Shown here one piece after another: positions 59,898-64,000 of a stretch of DNA of 64,000 nucleotides. The stretch comes from Cyanobacteria bacterium P01_A01_bin.123 (lineage in GTDB: Bacteria; Cyanobacteriota; Cyanobacteriia; Phormidesmidales; Phormidesmidaceae). The stretch covers positions 64,859-128,858 of the forward strand of contig JBCBZT010000019.1 in the NCBI GenBank assembly GCA_039815185.1, given 5' to 3'. The first letter of the stretch is position 1, and each line of letters starts with the position of its first letter. Position numbers and translations under genes: made by a program. Below the pieces are notes generated by a model. It was given only the letters and a program-made list of their open reading frames with translations. It searched no databases and was not told the DNA's origin.

Positions 59898-61255
59898 GTT
59901 TCCAAAACAACCGATGCCGCTTGTTCTCCGGTTTCAACAGCGCCTTCCATAAAGCCTTGCCAATCTCCCAGATGTTCACCGGCAAAATAAACCTGTCCTA
60001 ACGGCCTTTGCAAAATAGGCCGCAGCTTAAACCACTGATCTTTGCCGTAAAGGGCATAGGCCCCTTGGGTGTAAGGATCATCCCCCCAATAGCAGTTAAC
60101 CTGTTTAAGCAGATACTGTCGGGTCGTCCCAAAGGCTGGTTTGAGGGTAGTGTCGATTAAAGTACTCCGCCATTCATCCGACTGTTTTGACAACACATCT
60201 GCTTTGTCACCCACAGAATAGGATGTCAACGCGCCTGCTTGAGCCTGTTGGTGTTTAGTCGCGTGGTAGAGGTAGTGAATCGGCCCATCTGTGATCAATT
60301 CAAAACTTTCGTCCCGCCAAAATCGACGTTTATACAAAAAGACATTCTTGTCGATGCGACTGTATTGCAGGGCATTGATTGCCGCTATTTTGTCTTGAGG
60401 CAACGCGGGCTGCCAGTTAATTTGACCAATAGCAAAGGTCGGCAGCGTACAAATCACGCGGTCAGCCCTAACGCGATTGCCGTTTGCACAAACAACCTCA
60501 ATCTTGCCGGCCTGCTGGTGCACCGAAACAACCGCATGGTTCAACAAAATTTGACTCACACCAATTTTGGCCGCGAGTGCTTGGGCTAACTCACCATTGC
60601 CCCCCCGAATTTTGAAATCCATCTCATTCGCAGGACTCGACGCAGCATATTCATCTAAGGCATTAAAGCTAGAAACAAACCGAATACTCTCACCAAAATC
60701 TGTGCTGTCTAATAACTCTCGGATATCTAAATCACGACCCTGAATCCCATTGTTGACCAGGTATCGCCACCAATCAATCTGATCGAGTTTGACTTTCTCT
60801 GGCTCAGATAGTTGGGAGTAGCGGTTCAACAGTCGTTGAAACGTTTCTTTGTATTGGTTGGAAAAATCCCATTCGCCTTGCTTAAAGTATTGCCCTTGAT
60901 ACATTAAGCGGGGTTTGAATTGGTTATCTCGCAACGTTAGTCCCAGTTCTTCGCATAGCCTTAAAACCCGTTCATGGGATGCGCCAATCCACTCAGCCCC
61001 CAACTCAACGGTCAAATCATTATCTGCATCAATTCGATGGGAAAAGACGCGCCCACCCAAGCGAAATCGAGCCTCTAGAATCGTTGGGTGGATACCTTGT
61101 TGAGTCAGGCAATAACCCGCTGCAAGCCCCGCTAGACCCGCTCCTAAAATCACCACTTTGGGGTTTGCGCCCCGCGATGGCATCTGAGAGACGTTCGGCG
61201 TAATAGAGAATAGAGCGGCTCCAGCTGATTGGATGAAATCTCTGCGCGTCAGCAT
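59894..61255 (-). CDS. Flavin-dependent amine oxidase family protein with Tat signal
   Basis: TRRDFI Tat motif; GAGLAGL, LEAR.RLGGR, ELGAEWI, FAGEH, GFMEGAVETG. Confidence 0.9.
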   Translation of the reverse strand: MLTRRDFIQSAGAALFSITPNVSQMPSRGANPKVVILGAGLAGLAAGYCLTQQGIHPTILEARFRLGGRVFSHRIDADNDLTVELGAEWIGASHERVLRLCEELGLTLRDNQFKPRLMYQGQYFKQGEWDFSNQYKETFQRLLNRYSQLSEPEKVKLDQIDWWRYLVNNGIQGRDLDIRELLDSTDFGESIRFVSSFNALDEYAASSPANEMDFKIRGGNGELAQALAAKIGVSQILLNHAVVSVHQQAGKIEVVCANGNRVRADRVICTLPTFAIGQINWQPALPQDKIAAINALQYSRIDKNVFLYKRRFWRDESFELITDGPIHYLYHATKHQQAQAGALTSYSVGDKADVLSKQSDEWRSTLIDTTLKPAFGTTRQYLLKQVNCYWGDDPYTQGAYALYGKDQWFKLRPILQRPLGQVYFAGEHLGDWQGFMEGAVETGEQAASVVLET

Positions 61256-61324
61256 AAAAATATTTTTTGGTAGGAAATTCTTGAGGTTTCTTGTTCAAGA
61301 CATCCCGGCAGTTTGAACCCAATA

Positions 61325-61429
61325 TATAGCGCTGGCCAGATTGCTTAATGCACCGAGTATCGCTGGGATGCTCAGCACACAAGCAATCTGGCTCGCCGTA
61401 GCGCACAAAGCTTTGTGGCTACGGCTATA
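61325..61429 (-). mobile_element. 105-bp double-hairpin dispersed repeat, copy 4 (inverted)
   Basis: Reverse complement TATAGCCGTAGCCACAAAGCTTTGTGCGCTACGGC GAGCCAGATTGCTT...AAGCAATCTGGCCAGCGCTATA. Confidence 0.9.
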
Positions 61430-61471
61430 GCAAGCGTCCTAACCCCATAACAGGTTAGGACGCTTGCTATA
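61426..61471. repeat. 19-bp perfect stem-loop with TATAGC ends, abutting repeat copy 4
   Basis: TATAGCAAGCGTCCTAACC-ccataaca-GGTTAGGACGCTTGCTATA. Confidence 0.8.
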
Positions 61472-61493
61472 TCAATAGATTTCTGACAGCGAT

Positions 61494-62177
61494 TTAACGG
61501 CGCGAAGACATTAGGATTCGCAACACATACCAGAACAGCAGCATCACAGAAGCAAATAGCTCTAAAGATGCAGCCACATGCTGTGTGGTGGAATAATGGT
61601 GCAAAATCCGAGAAGTCTTGTATAGGATTGCTGTTGAGGCAAAAGCCACCATCAAAAAGGCAAAGAAAACGCCTAAACTAAACCCAAAAATTAGGCTAGC
61701 TACAATTAGCCCAATCGCAACCATCCCGCCAATCTTTAAGATGCCACCCAAAAAGCTAAAGTCTTTGCCTGTGGTAAAGACGATGGCTGTGAGCCCGGCA
61801 AACATGAATAGGGTAATAATTGCCGCAGTGGGGATGACAGTAGCGTCTGAAAAAGCGGCTGCCATGTACAAAAGTGGCGCAAAAATTAGCGCTTCGCCAA
61901 CGACGTAGATGCCTAAGCCCGTGTACTGAGTACCCACATCGTCAGCTTTAGCTGCCATACCGCTAGATAAATACCCCAGCAGTGCAAAGCCACCCAAGAT
62001 AGCCAGCCAGCCCAGCCGACTACCCGCCACAAAGTTAAACAGCAGGGCAGCAATACCGAGCTGGAACAGTAAAAACTCAACGACGATAAAAGCCCCTACT
62101 GCACCGGCTAGATGCAGATAAGTGCGTTTAATAAATTCTGCTCGCTCGCTAGGGCGCGCCTTAGCCGCAGTAATCAT
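61494..62177 (-). CDS. Bax inhibitor-1/YccA family membrane protein
   Basis: R..FIKRTYLHL, FTTGKDFSFL, ILY.TS.I, AASLELFAS..LLFWYVLRI; about 7 TMs. Confidence 0.9.
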   Translation of the reverse strand: MITAAKARPSERAEFIKRTYLHLAGAVGAFIVVEFLLFQLGIAALLFNFVAGSRLGWLAILGGFALLGYLSSGMAAKADDVGTQYTGLGIYVVGEALIFAPLLYMAAAFSDATVIPTAAIITLFMFAGLTAIVFTTGKDFSFLGGILKIGGMVAIGLIVASLIFGFSLGVFFAFLMVAFASTAILYKTSRILHHYSTTQHVAASLELFASVMLLFWYVLRILMSSRR

Positions 62178-62431
62178 GGAAATTCTCCTGAAATGAGGTG
62201 GTTTGAGCAACAAGCTGTCTAGACTTTGTCCGCATCGAGATTTCTAACTTACTCCTAAGCTAAAAATTTCTCCTTCGGAGACGCTGCGCGAACAAGTTTG
62301 CCAATCGGATAGGGTTCATTTTGCGAAGGTAGCACATCCGGTCAGTGAATGGCCTGGGCAGATGTTTCATATTGCTTTGCTTGTAGCATTCCTCATTGGG
62401 AAGTTGCCACTTTCCAGAGAAAATTTGAGAA

Positions 62432-63544
62432 TTAACGATGGCTATGCTTTTTCAATATCCCTGCCCCCAACGCACCCATGCCTAACAGGGCAGCAACAGA
62501 TATCGGTTCTGGCACACTAGCCGGTGGCCCATTGTCATTGAGGGCAGTTAGGGCAAAGTCACTCACAAGCCTGTATGCGGCCTCAGTTGGATGGACGTCA
62601 TCCCAAAATAAAAACTCGTCTGGGTTGTCACAAACTCCCTCAAACTGAACCCCAGGTTGGAAGTTGATCAAACACGAGTCTGTCACATTTGTGAGGCCAA
62701 AGGCTGCTGGATCCGCCAGTATGTCTAAAAACAAAGCATTGACGTCGAGGGGAATGATATTTGCATCGGGTTGACCTTGGCTAAAGGCACTCAGTTTTGC
62801 TGACAGCAGTTCATTATGAGCAGTTGACAGCTGATTGAGGACAGAAGAGATATCTTGCTGGGTTTGGTTATCTAAGAAATCAGCAACGGGAGCTTCTCCA
62901 AGGGGGGGTAAATTGACAACGAGCAAGTTTTTTGCGCCTAAGCTGTTAATCTGCTGGAGCCCATCAATAATATTGTCAGTCACCGCATTGGGGAGTTCGT
63001 TTAAAGACAGCCCCCCGAGAGAAGCTGGATTAAAAAAGGCTTCATTGTAGTCATTAGCGCCTACCCAAATCACGTAAAGGGCGTTGGGGTCAGGTGGGAT
63101 AGCTGCCGAGAGAGTCGTAAACGTGGCAACTTGTTCTTGAAACCCTGGCAGTAAGGCGGCTAAAGGCGGAATATCATCGTCTAAGATATGGACATCTGAA
63201 GACAAAGACCCAGAAAAGGCAAAGTTAATGCCCTCAGTGGGCGGCGGTATTGTGGGATCGAGCAAAAGGTCAGTAATCAGCGTCGGCGATAGCCCTAAGG
63301 CTTGCCCCACATTATCAATCCAGATCGGCCCGTTGGAATTGTTCTGCGCATAGGGGGGGCTAGGCGGTAAGGCCGGTACTCCCTGAGCTGAAAAGGCGCT
63401 GGTTAGGTTAAATAAATTGCCCGAGTCGACCAGACTATCACCTAAGACGGTCAATCCTGTAAATGAAGCTGCGATCGCATTCAATGGAATCAAGCTGGAT
63501 GAAATCGCAATACTTACTGCCAAAAGTTTCTGATTCATGCTCAT
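62432..63544 (-). CDS. SGNH/GDSL hydrolase with PEP-CTERM sorting motif
   Basis: Signal peptide, GDSLVDSGN, SNGPIW, GANDY, FWDDVHPT; VPEP + TM + KK. Confidence 0.93.
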   Translation of the reverse strand: MSMNQKLLAVSIAISSSLIPLNAIAASFTGLTVLGDSLVDSGNLFNLTSAFSAQGVPALPPSPPYAQNNSNGPIWIDNVGQALGLSPTLITDLLLDPTIPPPTEGINFAFSGSLSSDVHILDDDIPPLAALLPGFQEQVATFTTLSAAIPPDPNALYVIWVGANDYNEAFFNPASLGGLSLNELPNAVTDNIIDGLQQINSLGAKNLLVVNLPPLGEAPVADFLDNQTQQDISSVLNQLSTAHNELLSAKLSAFSQGQPDANIIPLDVNALFLDILADPAAFGLTNVTDSCLINFQPGVQFEGVCDNPDEFLFWDDVHPTEAAYRLVSDFALTALNDNGPPASVPEPISVAALLGMGALGAGILKKHSHR

Positions 63545-63861
63545 TCACTGTGCTCAACACAGCCTTAAACCACAGTCTAAATTTCGAGAGCAAATCGTAA
63601 CTGGCTAACCTTTTTGAAGGCGTAATCTTCTTATAGGGGTTTAAGGGGTCGCCCTCAAGACAATATGAGGGATTCTTCATGAAGGCAATGTGAATCTTAG
63701 GCCAGGTTCTATGAAGTGTGCTTGGGCGATGAGAGGCATGAACCATTGAACCCCCTTCTCCTCGGGGAGAAAGGGGAATAGGGAGGCTGTCAAGCAGCAT
63801 TTTCCTAGCTTTGAGAAAATTCCCCAAAGGCTAGGCAGTTAGTGATTAGGGATCAACTGCC

Positions 63862-64000
63862 CTAACCTTCAGCTGGTTTAAATTGCCGCTTAGCCAATAG
63901 CACGCCACCCAGTGCCATCAACCCCATCACCATTCCAGGTTCGGGGACCGATGCCTCATCTTCAACGAGTTCTACGCGAAAGCGAGCAACCTCGAATCCA
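63862..64000 (-). CDS. C-terminus of a PEP-CTERM protein (begins beyond the window)
   Basis: Manual translation ...GFEVARFRVELVEDEASVPEPGMVMGLMALGGVLLAKRQFKPAEG*. Confidence 0.85.
   Translation of the reverse strand, partial: GFEVARFRVELVEDEASVPEPGMVMGLMALGGVLLAKRQFKPAEG

Larger units (their letters stand above)
1..64000. repeat. HIP1 octamer GCGATCGC, highly iterated throughout
   Basis: Many occurrences in coding and intergenic DNA (e.g. near 1822, 2523, 9884, 12813, 30386); hallmark of many cyanobacteria. Confidence 0.95.

Noticed and set aside
3999..61429. 105-bp repeats as a CRISPR array
   Set aside because: Copies are kilobases apart, with no spacers and no cas genes
592..63827. Numerous 60-200 aa ORFs antisense or out of frame to confident genes
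   Set aside because: Shadow ORFs expected at about 50% GC; no independent support

Overview
Chromosomal segment of a cyanobacterium. Evidence: psbH/psbN, prk, very frequent HIP1 octamer GCGATCGC, PEP-CTERM proteins; a Leptolyngbya-like filamentous strain is an inference. Most of it is core housekeeping: clpC, rimI, lysA-cdaA-uppS, rpmF, tRNA-Tyr/tRNA-Thr, rpsP-khpA-phoH, psbN/psbH-tatA-pth, a HelY-like helicase, rplU-rpmA, murE, cysH, prk, hemW, serA and prmA. Signalling genes and small accessory blocks are interspersed (YciI-GST-ECF sigma; TetR-GNAT-SnoaL-GNAT next to the tRNAs). No transposase, integrase, prophage or CRISPR array was seen. Main points of interest: (1) an ammonium transporter-HAMP-PAS-histidine kinase fusion with a textbook NtcA promoter about 0.5 kb upstream; (2) a co-oriented FHA / MscS-DEP / Ser-Thr kinase cluster; (3) four copies of a ~105-bp double-hairpin element with compensatory base changes, one splitting a duplicated promoter-like block without an obvious target duplication; (4) a dense, apparently unnamed intergenic ~18-bp motif CTRAGCTAAAANCTCAAG; (5) several proteins with substituted catalytic residues (UppS, DICT kinase, CBCR-like GAF, DUF39). 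All protein calls come from motif recognition by eye; no database search was run.
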